Of a stretch of 64,000 nucleotides of DNA, positions 1 to 13,399 are shown in pieces. Under the pieces are notes generated by a model, which saw only the letters and a list, made by a program, of their open reading frames with translations, searched no databases and was not told where the DNA came from. How positions within the stretch are numbered: the first letter of the stretch is position 1; each line of letters starts with the position of its first letter. The DNA is taken from assembly GCA_973895155.1 (NCBI GenBank), contig OZ316898.1, positions 7,117,079-7,181,078 of the forward strand, in the 5' to 3' direction. Both the position numbers and the translations under genes were made by a program. The DNA comes from Marsupella aquatica (Eukaryota > Plantae > Marchantiophyta).

Positions 1-1445
1 TACTAGGAGACACTCAACAGAGATTTTAAAAGTTTCCCCAACCCAGTGTAAATGCTTATAGTAACGGCCAAAGTGCATTCTAGTTTCTTGCATGAATTCC
101 CCAAAACCCTGTTAAACCACAAAGTCACCTATAACAAACTAGGAGTGATCCATAGATCTCATTATAAAGTGCACAAGTCACTTTCACTAAGAATGGGCTT
201 GGGCTCCACTTTTTTGTGGTGAGTGCTCCACCTTTTATGGTGAGTACACTATTCACCACAGGACAAGAATGAACAGAAGCGAGACAAATAATTGGGCATT
301 GATATAGGCAGGTGTGGTTTAAGGTCACAGCGCCATCAATTTTACATACTAGTTGTCTACTTGGTACAATGCAAGATTGATTTGTAGAAGATGGACAAAT
401 ATGTAAGTCAAAATTGGACTTGAAGCAATTGGGAACATTGTGTGTGTGCTCTTGTCAACTAGGATCCTGCACATGGGAGTGAAGAGTATTTGAAGGGTTC
501 GACCTCCTGTAGTTACGGGTAGAGTTTATTGACTTGTTGCAAGGTCTTAGAAATATTGATGTGGGGTTGAGCACTCTTCTAATCAATTCAGTTACAGTTT
601 GAGGGCTTTGTTGTTGTAAGATCAGTACATCAACTCTTGATCCAACTGATGACTCCTTAAGTTGGATCAGGAGTTGCAGTACAAAGTCGTGATCCAACTC
701 AGTTCTCAGTCAGCCAAGCCCTATGTTAGTCACTCTGTGACAACCAACCTTGGTGGATTTTCAGATTGATTCAAGATTTCATTCACTTATTGAGTAGCCT
801 GTCTTGACAAATGCATATCATCACCCTCCCTAGAAATTTATTAGTCAATGTAGACCAGACTAGAATGAGGCTCATGTCAATGGGAAACAAAATTTACATA
901 CAGTTTGGAAGGTGCAAGGATGTCAAGGTGATTGCGAGGCTAGCAAAAGACAAGTTGCAATGTAGTGCCCTCTACTCCCCACCCAAGTCATATCCTACTT
1001 GAAGTTGAGGTTCCTACTTTTGTGGGCCAACAACATGGAGGATTACTACAGTTTAGGTTATAGACAAACAAAAGGGAACCAAATGGCCCTCTACAAACAA
1101 ATATTAATCACAAGTACCCATATGTCAACCATTAACTTTAAAGACAGTCTCATTCATTGATACCAACCTGGGGGCACATGATGTCCGTTACACTGCCTTG
1201 ACACCAGGCATCTGATCAAGATTGAAGCTAGTCAAAGTTTGGGATAGGATCCTCCACAAAAACTGGTGAAAAATTTGTTTTGGAAAATGAACCGATTGAA
1301 TTCCAAGGGCAACCACTGCAAAAACCGGCTGGGCACAGAGAAGAACAAACCTAAGGGGCTACAACACACCAACCAAGAGCGGCAGCTCCAGAAGCAGCCC
1401 AGCCAGGCCACAAGGTTGCCCACTAAAAAACTTGGGCCTAGAATA

Positions 1446-1690
1446 GGGCGTCCCAAAGCTGGCAATTTGATGTACTTTAATCCCCTAGTTATGGGTCATG
1501 GACACAAAAAGTTATAGACTACAGAATTAATAGTCCATAAATTTTTGCCATGAGTAGTGGTCTTATGCCATAACCATTAGTGCTGGTGAAAAAAAAACCC
1601 AAAAAAACTTTTACACAATTGTGAAAAATTTATGACCTATTCTTTATGACTGAATGTCATCATTCGTAATTTCCAAGCTTTGAGACACCC
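1446..1690. mobile_element. MITE-like foldback element with ~23-bp imperfect TIRs and 5-bp TSD (GAATA)
   Basis: Left end GGGCGTCCCAAAGCTGGCAATT versus reverse complement of right end GGGTGTCTCAAAGCTTGGAAATT. GAATA flanks both sides (1441-1445, 1691-1695). Internal CATAAATTTTT/AAAAATTTATG pair is also inverted. Confidence 0.65.
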
Positions 1691-2523
1691 GAATAGAGCA
1701 GGCGGGGGAGCAAGGTCAGCCACCCATAAAGAGACATAACATGAGTCTGACAGCTAAGGTGCTGAAAAAAGTTGTTGCCAGCCCATTCTCAACCCCCTGG
1801 ACTTTAAGGGGGGCCTTTGCAGGGAATGACCCATAACAAATGACTGGTCACTTCCAAGATTTTGCTGTTAGATTTCATCACACCTTTAGTATTGATGTCC
1901 AGTCCATTGTGGCTTTATATACAATAGAGAAATCACTTGTACAAGAAATCTCCCAACCCTATATGCACTAGAATGGGTCCCCCAAAATGCTTATTTGGAC
2001 AATGAAAAGACAGCTGGAATCATTCTTATTCTCTGAGTACAGTCACTATTAAATAGGCTGCCTCACCACCTCTTTTTTTTTTGGGTCTGGAGGCATTATA
2101 AATATATTTGCAAAGGAACTAAAATGCCCAATGGGGACACATGCATGATCCCAATGGCCAAACAACCCAATAAAGGGGAAACAAAGGAGAAACCTGGAAA
2201 AGGCAAAAGCCAAAAAGCTGAAGGGCCAAAAAAATGCTTACCTGGACAATAAAAGGACAGGTGAGTCTCTTCTCATTCTCAGTACAGTATTGAATGCACT
2301 ACCTGACCACCTTTAATTTTATTTTTGTAGGGAAAGGTGATGGTGCTCCCAGATGATAACAAAGACCATTGTAAGGAAGACCAGTGGGGCACAAGGCACA
2401 ACAAATTCTAAGTGCCAGAGCACATGCCACCCAAACAGGCCCTTTTTATCAGTATGCATTCTAAATGGACTTACGTGCCACTATGATAAAACACAAGTGG
2501 CTAATCAATTTTTGTCCTCGAAG

Positions 2524-3160
2524 TCTTGTAAAACCCCTTGTTAGGCAGTAATTAGTCTTGGAGTCATAACAACAAGCCAAAATAAAGAATCCATTAAATG
2601 TGCTTTGTAGGATGAGAGGTTGATCAATCATTCAGTGTCCCCTAAGCAAGGCTTCTTTTTAAATCCCTTGCTAGGCACTGATTATTCTTGGAGTCATTTC
2701 ACAACAAGCCAAAATGCAGAATGCAGTAAGTGTGCTTCATAGAATGAGAGATTGATCATTGAGTGTCCTAGGCAAGGCTTCTTGTAGAACCCCTCAGTAG
2801 GCACTAGTTATTCTTGAACTCAGTTCACAACAATCCAGAATGCAGAATCCAGAAAATGTGCTTGTAGAATGAGAGGTTGATCATTTAGTGTCCTTAGGCA
2901 AGGCTTCTTGCAGAACCCTCAGTAGGCACTAATTATTCTTGAAGTCAGTTCACAACAAACCAGAATGCAGAATCCAGTAAATGTGCTTTGTAGAACGAGA
3001 GGTTGATCATTTAGTGTCCTTAGGCAAGGCTTCTTGCAGAACCCTCAGTAGGCACTAATTATTCTTGAAGTCAGTTCACAACAAACCAGAATGCAGAATC
3101 CAGTAACTGTACTTTGTAGAATGAGAGGTTGATCAATCATTCAGTGTCCCTAGGCAAGGC
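2524..3160. repeat. Tandem repeat, ~120-128-bp unit, about 5 copies
   Basis: Recurring TAGGCACTAATTATTCTTG...CACAACAAACCAGAATGCAGAATCC...GAGAGGTTGATCATTTAGTGTCCTTAGGCAAGGCTTCTTG. Confidence 0.9.
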
Positions 3161-3678
3161 GTCAAGTTAGTGTCAAACAGCTATGAAGTTCCAGCTTTCA
3201 ACTGTGAGCCTCATGAGTGAGCTGCTGACAAAGTGAGGGGATTATGCTTCACAAGGCATGGCAGAGGACTACCTAGAGGAGCATAAAATTGTTGCAGTAG
3301 GAGCTTTTTCAGACACTAGGCTGGTCTGGTCTGAAAGTATTTACTTTACCACTCTCAAATGGCCACTCAAAAACCAGAGCAGGAGACAAGAGTGGAGAGA
3401 TTGGGAGAACTCCCAAGTAATAAGTGAGAACTCACAAGTAATAAGTCTGAGAAAAAAGCCTACATGATTGAATAAAACTAGCTGGAAATACGGAGAGCAT
3501 GCTGCCCACCAATGGTGATGGTGTCGTTTCTGCGCGCATTCTTCGGGATCTCGCTTCCAGCTCTGACCCACAATCTCAACTAGCTGCCCAAGTGCCAAGA
3601 TGCTTGCGTGCCCGCCTCTGGTCGTGCATTCTGAGCTCTGACCTGAACTGACGAAGAATCCGGTAATAATCCGGTTCT

Positions 3679-4056
3679 TCAAGCATCGGATGGATGACCC
3701 AAAGTCCTGACCTCGTGCAGCAGTGTCTTGGATCGGTCTTTGTACATGAAATTGATCCGCCCGAATGCCTGTTGGAGTCTCTCTCTGTGTGTTCCTCTTG
3801 CCTCTGTCCCTCTTGCCTCTGTCCCTCTTGCCTTTGTATGCCGGTGGCGCAATGCAAGACGGACAGAGGAGGTGAGGGGGAGGGGAGGGGACAGGAGATT
3901 TGACGAGATCAAGAACGAGGAAGAACGAGGGAAGATCAAGTGAGGATTGGACTTTGGAGCACTGAAAGAAGAAGGGACTGGGGAAGGGCAGGAAACGGAA
4001 TTCGTTGGAGCAGCAGCGGCTGTGGGAGCGGATTGGGAATCTGAGGCCAACGCCAT
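3679..4056 (-). other. Ser/Pro-rich ORF divergent from SPPL1; hypothetical or degenerate gene
   Basis: ATG-initiated 125-aa ORF in GC-rich DNA with a 15-bp repeat (ARGTE x2-3). No recognisable domain. Confidence 0.2.
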
Positions 4057-4980
4057 TTCGTGCGAGCTGGAGATTAGATTGATTGCAAGGAAGTTGCAGG
4101 TTAGGGCTTGATTTGAATTTTGTGACAGGGAAAGAAAGCTCGGAAACGGAAGGAATTGCTCCTTTGACTGGTTAGGGCGATCTCGTTGGCTGGTGACACT
4201 GCAAATCTGTCTGAATTTTGTTCCAGCTAGGAAATTGTTCGAGTCAGGGTCCGGCTGGATTCTTATCTGGCTGTGCGGGTGTGTGGTGAGGTGTTTGGTT
4301 TGATTTCACTTTCCTGAAGGCTCCAAGCGGTTCAGAATCTGTGCCACTGTATGGTTCTTGGTCGGATTCAACTAAACTGTCGTGATTTGGTCGGCATTGA
4401 GAACTTTCAGTCTCTGATTCGACTCCGGGATGTCAATCGCAAGGAAACAGAGGATTATTTGTTGACCAGCCCGTTGGTACGTTCTATAATTGAGATGACA
4501 TAAGTTGAGGTGACGCGGTGAGTCTTCGGAGATATAGACTTTAGTGTATTGCGCTGCCATTCCCATTCTCTTTCCGATGTAGAATTTACCCCTCGTGCTG
4601 CTGCCGGCCAATGTCTGTCGTTTGACACTTCTTCCTTCCTTTTCATCCTGTTTCGTTTCATATCACCTGGTTGTGAATTCGGCGAAAAGCAGAAGCCTAA
4701 TTAGCCACCTAGGCGAGAGGAATCTTGGTTCGCAGTGTGGTGTCAAGGCAGCGATGGTGGCAAATCTCTTTGGTGATCATCGCCTTATCTTTGGTGGAGC
4801 AGATTGATGTCCCTCCCGAGTACCAGAGTCTAAATCGTTCACCAATGTGTTGGGTTTTTTGTTTGGTGCACTCTGTAGTCCTGGCAAGGCCACTGAATGG
4901 GCGGCATTGCGCAGAGGGTGGAGAGAGTCGTGTCACGGTAGGGAGATAGGCACAGGAGCAGGAGGAGGAGGAACGGAGCA

Positions 4981-7044
4981 ATGGAGTCTCTTTGGAATCT
5001 GTTACATCTCTTGGAGCCATCATCTTTGATATTAATTGCAACTGCGATGTTCGTTGTGGTGGCATCAGCGCAATGTGCTCTAAACTATGAGAGAGACATT
5101 GATAAGCATCGAGATTTTGCAGAGGCATCAATCACACTTGACAGCCAGCAGGCTCTGATGATTCCTGTGGCAAGTTCCTGCAGCCTTTTGCTGATGTTCT
5201 ACCTCTTCTCATCAATATCTCAACTCGTAACCGTGTTCACAGCGATTGCATCTGCATCATCTCTGGCGTTCTGCCTGTCACCTATTGTTTCCGTAGCCAA
5301 TTCCAAACTGGGGCCATTGGCTTTCCTCGGAGCCAAGTCTTATTGCGGGCCCTTGAGTCGTGGCCAGGGATTACTGGCCTTGATCAGTCTGTCTATGGTG
5401 GCAGCCTGGCTTTTTTCTGGACACTGGATACTGAACAACATTCTGGGAATGTCCATCTGCATTGCGTTCGTGAGCCACGTCCGGCTTCCCAACATCAAGA
5501 TTTGTGCACTGCTACTGTCGTGCCTGTTTGTGTACGACATATTTTGGGTGTTCTTCTCAGAGCGGTTCTTTGGGGCGAATGTCATGGTTTCGGTTGCCAC
5601 ACAGCAGGCTTCCAACCCCATGCACACAGTCGCCAATTCATTGAACTTGCCGGGCTCTAGTTCCATAACACAGAAACTGGACCTGCCGGTGAAGTTGCTA
5701 TTCCCGAGGGATTTGCTCGGAGGAGTGGCAGCGGGGAAGAGTGGTTCAGAGTTCATGATGCTCGGTCTTGGAGACATGGTTTGTTGTCCCCAAAGCACCC
5801 TTGTTTCTCGTAATGCTGCCTCCAATTTGTATATTCAAGATACCTTTTTTTCTCATGCGAATGAAGATGGCAGTATGAGGAATGAAGATGAGAGGCTTCT
5901 TGAGCTGATATCGATCACAGCATTTGCCAGTGCACCCGTTTTAGGGTTATTGATCTAGTGCAATGTCTCAGATTGAGTCTCTTTGGGAGAAGTTTTTTGT
6001 GGTTTGTTTGTTTCTCTCAAATGCGAGCCGTAGGTATGAGCGTTTGAAAAAAAGGAAAAGAGGGTGGTAGAGGTCAGGGTTTTGAATTGTGTTATGAACT
6101 CACCAATTATCGTAATTTACAAACGGGATAAGATTTTCATCTAGCTGGGTTAGACCAGTCCTGATGTTACTCACGAAGATGATTCGTGATGACATCCTGG
6201 TTTCTAGAATTTGACCTACCGAATTCTGAAGACTTGAATTGCAGGCAATTCCAGGTATGCTGCTAGCGTTGGTGCTTTGCTTCGATCATCGAAAAGGTAA
6301 AGGAGACTTTGATATGGAGATGGCCTTCTGTAGAGGCTACAAGTATATTTGGTATGCTGCAGTTGGGTATGGTGTTGGATTAGTTGGAGCACTTGCTGCT
6401 GGTGTGCTGACCAGAGCTCCTCAACCAGCTCTCCTATATTTGGTACGTTTGTGCAACCTTCATCCAAACTTTTGACACGCGTTGAGGTACACCTTGGATC
6501 AATATTTGGTAGGATTTAATAATAGGAGCACTTCCACGACTTCAAATACTTTCTGTACAACTGTAAGCGGTGATAAACGAGCTTGAAGTCTACACTTCGA
6601 AAGAGATTACGTTCTGCTGCTGCTATGCATTTCATTCTATGTATTGTGCGATTGAGTGAAGGCTCCGTTGTCATTTAGTGACACTTGACTGTGGCCGGAA
6701 TGCTATCAGAATCCTGTTTTCGAAGCGGTGCAGCCAGGTTTATTGGTGATTTTGTGAAGAGTTTTTCTGGGAACTAGGGTGTGAAGCTTCTTGTCATTCA
6801 CTCAGACTAGATGCATTCCACGAGCAAGTTCGAGCTGGCAGCCTAGCTCTGAGTTCCTTCTAATGATTGGGTGTTCTTTCTAAGTTCAGCATCTTCGGTT
6901 CCCGTAGTAATTTGCGGCTTTTTGCAGGTTCCTTCAACATTGGGACCAGTCGCTTTTGTAGCATGGACCAGAAGTGAGTTGACTGAGCTGTGGAATGGAC
7001 CAAGGCCCATTATTAATGACAAGATGCGGCTCATGGAAGTCTAG
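4981..7044 (+). CDS. SPPL1: Signal peptide peptidase-like 1 (GxGD aspartyl intramembrane protease), 3 exons, ~370 aa
   Basis: Exons 4981-5778, 6245-6442, 6928-7044 with GT-AG introns. Motifs YD (FVYDIFWVF), GLGD and QPALLYLVP. N-terminus MESLWNLLHLLEP matches plant SPPL1. Confidence 0.93.
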
Positions 7045-10000
7045 TTATGGGAACAAGAAAAGGTCAATTCATTTCCCAGTAGTCAGACAAGCGCAATGGT
7101 CAACCGTCGCATTTCATTTGGGATGGATCAGCTATAAACTTTCTCGGTCATCTCCTTTGGGACTGAAGTTTCATACATGTCCCTTGTGTAAAATTTGGTG
7201 CATTGGAAGCTGTTGAATGACTACCATCACCAGAAAGTGTACATCAAGACTGCCAGTCATCGGATATGGACTACGCGGCTGTACATCCTGACTCATTCTT
7301 TGCAGGTCAACGAACCAGAGTAATCTACTTGGCGAGAATAACATATGAATTTATGGCCTGTCTGTGACGGGTCTTCATTGAACAGACCTCAATGGTTGGT
7401 GTTGCTATAGGTCCCAGTGCTGGGATGGTAGGTGGATCGGAGTATCATCAGAGGGGGAGGAACAGGAAATTAGTAGGATTTGTTACAAGACGTCAGCGAA
7501 TGGAGACAACAGACTCTTCTATTGGTGACAATGTTGTCACGTTATGCTTCATTGAGCACCTGAGGGGAGAATGTTGACATCAACGCTCATAGGTTTCCCC
7601 AATCTGTTTAGACGACATTTTTTCGAGGTCCCTGAGGCTCGGGGATTGTTTATTCTACGAAAGTAGTCGAATTTTCCTGAGACTCTGGATTATTTCAAAG
7701 ATAAATAGCTGTGAGGGCAGGCAGCAGCTTGAAAGAGATTTTTTAAGATGTCCATGAGGCAATCTTCCTCTAATTATGAGGCACTCTAGTCTCACAAGAA
7801 ATTTTGACCCATGTGCAAGTGGAAGGCTGTCTTAGGATCTGAACTTCTCTGACGGAGCAAGACACGAGAGGTTGACAGCACTCGCGCACTGCAGCATCAT
7901 AATTATTTCTTTCGCAGGTTAATGTTTAGATCCCAACCTGTATGAAGCGATTTGTAAGGTAGCAGAGTAGTGGTGAAGGTGATCTCGACATACTGATGGA
8001 TCTCAGCCCCAAAACTCACTCAATTGTATGCTACAAAAGTCGCTATATGAATGTAGGTGTACAGAACTGAAACCTTGAACACAACTGATCCTCACTTTTG
8101 AACTAGACACTTTTATTGAACACAGCTAAGGCAACTTCAGGCAAATCAGAGCTTGACAAACTACAGTTATGCATGACTGACTGGACTTGCAGACCAAGAA
8201 CCGATCAACTCTGAGGAGAACTATAACCTGCCCAAGAGAATCCTGGAGAGTAGTAATCCTCAATCTAATAATAAAGAGCAATTAAAAACTATGAAGTGGG
8301 CCCATTGTGTAGAGTGAAACCACTAAAACGTGTCTCTAAGTGAGGGCATGACTGAAAGTAAGTGAGGGTGTAGACAGTGAGGGTGGAGACAAATAACAGG
8401 GATGAGGGCAAAAATGAAGAGGAATTAGCATGAAATCTCTTTTTCTGCAAGGTTTTTTTTTTCTTTTTTCTCTTCATCTCTATTTCAGTTCAAGGAACGG
8501 TATTCAGGCTGGTTATATTGCATCTAGGACATCATCTCCAGGCATAGTGGTCTTAAACATTGAAGTCAGACAAAAAAAACTAGCGAAAGGTTTGAAAGCT
8601 GAGGATGACCTAAAGACAAACAACTTGAAGATGGCAAATGCTCATCATGGACATTGATGCTTAAGCAATGGGCTTAGTCTTGGTATACAATAGTGAAGAT
8701 TAGAGGAATTAATGTTAAGCCCAATATGGACATGCCTAACCCTAGCCGGCTTGTGAGTATTGGTAATTCGAAGAAATCTACAGTAATTTTTTGTGCAAAC
8801 ACACCAAGAAGATAAGGCCTTCCTCAATTTAAATGAATATTGAGAAGGTACCACTTCTGTTGAATTATGAGAGCACCACATCTTAAAGGGGTGGGTTGCT
8901 GAACAAAACAGAGAAAACAAGCTTGCCAGCATTAGGGGTGCGTCACTAGCCTGCATTAAATGACCCACCAGTGTGAATTTCTAAAGTTTTCCATAAGATA
9001 TGTTAGAGAACAAAGTTGGTCCATGTGCCCATTCACGGTAACTTTTGTTTGGATTTCAGTGTGTCCAATCAATTTTTGCAACATCATTTCTACCCCAAAG
9101 GATGAGTAAATGACATCTTCAGTTACAAGTAATGGGCCCAAACTCGTACCAGGTTGGAGCATTATTGAGGTCTGCACCCCCACGACCAAGGGCTGTATGG
9201 GAGTTTCAGGTACCTGAACTGATGATGCACCAATTATGTGTTTGGCACTGTAGTTTCTTAAACCACCACTAGCCATGACACAACCTAGATCCACAGGTTT
9301 CACCATCAATAGTACACTTTTCCTGAAATTTTGGAGCAAAGTGGCACCATAGAGGAGACAAATACTACACTTTTCCCTGAAATTGTGGAGCAAAGTGGCA
9401 CAATGGAGTATACAAATGAGTGGCATGTGAAAAGGTGAGAAGTCTTGTACCATTCCCCCCAGTGGCAGTTTAAACCCCAAATAAGCTTAGTTGTGTGGTT
9501 TGAATATGCCAAGTAATTTCCTGGCAATCATATACAGTATACAGTGGATAAGTGCACCATGTATAAGTGCATTCTGTTGGTAACTGCAGGTCGATTGTGT
9601 AGTCCCCTACTATACAACAATTTTCTTTGTAAAAGCACCAAAAAATGCACCTATTGTAAGTGCAGGTAGACCTCACTAAGCAACAAATACATAAGTGTAT
9701 TTTCATTTATAAAAGTGCATATGCACTAATCAATTACTCCAACACATATGCTAGAAGCATTTATTGATAAGTGCAGTGGACAACTACACATCATAGTTTC
9801 ATGCACTATGAAGATTCAAGGTGTGATGCATATGACCTGACAACACAGTTGTGAGAGTGCATAAGCTATTTCACATGCACATATTGGAAGTGTAACATGC
9901 ACATATGGATAAGTGCATAATGTGGATAAGTGCAGGTTTAGGGAAGAGTCTGCACTTAGACTAGACTGTATGTAAACCAAACTATATAAGCTTTGCTTGT

Positions 10001-10140
10001 GTGTGTAAATAGGTTTTGAATTATAAAGGAAATAATTCTTATAAACATGTGGATTCAAAGTTGAATATAGATGAGATGGTTTATTACCCTTGGCTCAGAA
10101 TACTGGATGCTAAGGGTATATGATATTCAAACTTACTCCC

Positions 10141-10646
10141 CAATTAGTCTAGTCCTAGACCCATCGATTCATTCTCGCATTGACATCGCCATAGCCAAGG
10201 TTCTCCTTCATTGTTGTCTCTGGGCAGCAACCACGACCACAGTGGTGTGGTGATCACCCAGGAAGAATGTTTTGGCTGATTGATTGATTGAAGGATTCGA
10301 TTCGGGGAATGGTGATGACGATTACTGTGAGTTGGTGCCGATCCTCTGTTCCTGTTGTCGATGAGACATTGTGAATGTGATAAACGACTCGGTGGAGACG
10401 GACCACGGCAAAGGAGCCTTCATGACGAGACAGACGATCCAATGGCCAGTATCATATGTGCCTATTCCTGACAGTCGTGGTATGATCTCACAAGAACAAT
10501 CGTGGTAATTGACGACCTTTTCCAGAATCATTCTGTGGAAGCAGAAAACACCTGATCTCAATCCAAAGTTCACACTTTGAGAGTATTCCAGATTCCCTGT
10601 GTGCCACGCCGACGAGTTTGTCTTAGCTATGGTCTCACAATTACAA
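10141..10646 (+). pseudogene. Diverged duplicate of the RibF 5' flank and intron 1, with coding exon 1 deleted
   Basis: 10141-10414 aligns to 17565-17851 and 10411-10646 aligns to 18697-18964. The two parts join at an AAGG microhomology. Confidence 0.85.
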
Positions 10647-11300
10647 CGCCTCACCACTTCTTTGCCTCACCACACTATATTGCCTCGCCACTTGAGTAGG
10701 GCTTTAATTCGTTTGCGGTTGCTTTGAGTATATGGGGCTTTGAGTATTAGGCTCTTTGGTTTTCCCAAATTTTGTCCATTGTTTTCCTCCTTTTATTGTG
10801 TTCTTGGCCTTTGGTATCCTGTCTCTGCAGTGATATTTATATATATTGCTTTGTCACCACTTCTTAATTTGTCTCACCTCTTTATCTTCTACTCACTTCT
10901 ATTGAAAGTATGCACACGTATTGAACTACTGTAGTTTCAGATAAAGGAGTAAGTGGGGTCCTCACCCCTCACCTAACATTGTCGATACCATAGAGCCAGA
11001 TAAATGGCAGTAATTCACAAGATTCATAGAATTGTTGAGGAACTCTGAACACACACCGTACCTTTTCCAGATCGTCGGTTGAGATCAAGCTGTATTTTCG
11101 TTTGACTATCAGGACCAGAGGAAAACTAATGTTTCTTACGTTCCCTTGTTCATGAGGCAGCCGGGTGGGCAATTTGCAATCCTTCTGCTGTAATTTGCAT
11201 GCCTAGTGAACTCGACGATATCTGACTTGTGAACTGGCTCGAGAGACAGCAAGCACGGAAGCATTGCTACAGAGTTGCAAATTTGGGTGCACTGAATTGA

Positions 11301-12578
11301 ATGGTCGGAGTCATGGGATGCACAAGCGCTCTCGGCGTTTCAGTCTCTGCTGCGGTGATCTCCCCTGAGTCTCCATCACGATCTTCTTCGCAGGATGGAA
11401 TTTATGGTGGCCATGGCTTTCGACCGGCTGCCCCGAAGGCGACGACGATGAAGAGGAATTTTGAGCCATTACTGAAGGTAGTAGCGAAGAGCATCAGCAG
11501 CACGCCATGGAGAGAAACGTCATTTCGTGGGAGAATGAAAACTAAGGATGTCAGGGTGCAGGCATCTTCGTCGGATGAGAAGTCTGGTGAGAAGGGTCAG
11601 GTGAAGACGGAGAATGTGCCTGGCTGGGCAGAACCCAACTCCGAAGAGCTTCCTCCATGGGCTAAGACCGAGCGCCCAGTCTCCCAGGAGCCAGCGCAAG
11701 ATCTCCCATTCCCTGTCTACCTCATTGGCTCCACTCTGGTGGCTATCGCGGCGGTACATCTCTATTCGACGCTGCTGATTATTGCTCTTTTGCTCTTTCA
11801 GAGTCAACTTTCATGGCTCTGGTGCCTCTTGCTGAAATTTTCTCCTCTCCCTCTCCAGTCTGGTGCGAGTGTTTGACAGTGCCAGTTCTGGCCCTGGACA
11901 TCTTATGGGTATTTCCATGATTGAATGAATCAATCAAAGCCCACGGTGCTTAGTTTGTAACTACGGTTGGAGGGTGCGTAGTTGCAAACTTGTACAAATT
12001 TCTTTCGTACTTCCAAGCTACTTCTGCACGGGTTGCTGAATCTGGTGAAGTAGCACATTCTTTTGAGAACGAGATGGCAACTGATCGCGTTTCCGGTCAC
12101 AGAGTTTAGCCATCCTAGTGCAGTGTTCGGAATTCCTAAGTTCGAACTTTTGCCTTCCCTAGCGTTTTTGTTGGAAATATGCCCATAAGTTTGTGCTTTG
12201 ATTTGTGTAGGTGGGTTCGGTGTTTGAATACTTCAACAAGAATCCGATTTTCGGAGTGATATACCCGGACAGTCCGTTCTACACCCCTATTCTAGGCTTC
12301 TTCGCCATCACCGGCCTGCCAACGGCGGTAAGTCTCCTCTGGTAGCAATTTTCTCAGTAAGGCTTTTTTCGGAATATTTCTACGCGTCTCTCAGTAGATC
12401 ACTTTCAACAGCTCTACAGACAAGTCTTTCGTGTAAAAGCCACTTCCCGGCCTTATAGAGTCCCAAATCTGAGCATATTGCTCACGTTTTTCTGCAGGGT
12501 TTCTTGTTCTACAAATGCATACAATTAGCAAACAAGGCATCCGAGGAAGCAGACAAGGAGGATGGCTTTCGTCGGTGA
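11301..12578 (+). CDS. Plastid/thylakoid membrane protein of unknown function, At1g50020-like, 3 exons, ~216 aa
   Basis: Exons 11301-11753, 12211-12327, 12498-12578 (GT-AG). Transit-peptide-like N-terminus. Conserved PFPVYLIGSTLVAIAAVGSVFEYFNKNPIFG...PILGFFAITGLPT...ANKASEEADKEDGF. Confidence 0.85.
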
Positions 12579-13399
12579 AGAGCAGTTCACTAGTGTACGA
12601 ACGCTATCTTTTGAAGGCAAAAAATGTCCGAAGTCTTACGAGGTGATGGCTATCCTGAAGTCACTTTGAACGTGTGGTGAATTTGCGGCTCGAGGGACAA
12701 TTACAGCCGTTAACCTCCTTTTGCATTCCTGATTTTTCCGGTTCAAGTCAGTTTGGACAATGTGTTGAAATGGCGCCTCGAGGGACAATTACAGCCATTA
12801 ACCTGGCTGTGTCAGTCCCGATTTTTCCTGTTGAAGACATTAGAACAGGGAAACGGAGAACAGGGAAACGGTGTGAATGGATGTGATCGCAATTGTTCTT
12901 GGTGGATTGTGCTAAACTTGTAGCTTTAAATTTGGAAAGAGTTTTGGAGATGAAGTACAGGGCCTTTGGCAAGAAGTCGATGCACGGACAAATCAAGTAT
13001 GCCTGCTTTCTTGTGAAGGCTCTGTTTTCCCTTCCAATGAGCTTTCTTGCTTCAACCGCCCGCACCAGGTTGCTACTGGTGGATGGAAGCTCAAAAAATG
13101 TGTCTATGTAAAATATTGAGCAGACAGGATGCACAATTCTGATCTGGTGTACGAGGTCTTTAACGAGGGTCTTTAAATCTTTACTTTCAATTTATCCTGA
13201 GGTTCACACGTAAATGAGGGTGAGAGGCTATCACGGAGTGCAAAGAAGTTACTTTTGATAGTCTTTTGCTTTTTTAATGATTCGTGTGTGTCATATTCTC
13301 CACAGCTATGTGGATCTTTTGTTTTGCCATCGTCCTGTGGCCCAGGAAAAAATCCTTCCAATAACACGAAAGGTCCGTAAATTCTCTTGATTTGTCAAC

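Noticed and set aside
2236-2247. CTTACCTGGAC resembling the U1 snRNA 5' end
   Set aside because: Downstream sequence has no U1 stem-loops or Sm site, and it is part of a local duplication with ~1985-2075.
2524-3160. Regularly spaced repeats as a CRISPR-like array
   Set aside because: Units repeat along their full length with no unique spacers, there are no cas genes, and the context is eukaryotic. The same applies to 39952-40198 and 33850-34230.
3576-3857. EEPDYYRIL as the start of a DnaJ domain
   Set aside because: No HPD motif or helix pattern follows, and the frame closes shortly after.
7953-8270. Possible solo LTR
   Set aside because: TG start and LTR-like composition, but no matching CA end or TSD could be identified.
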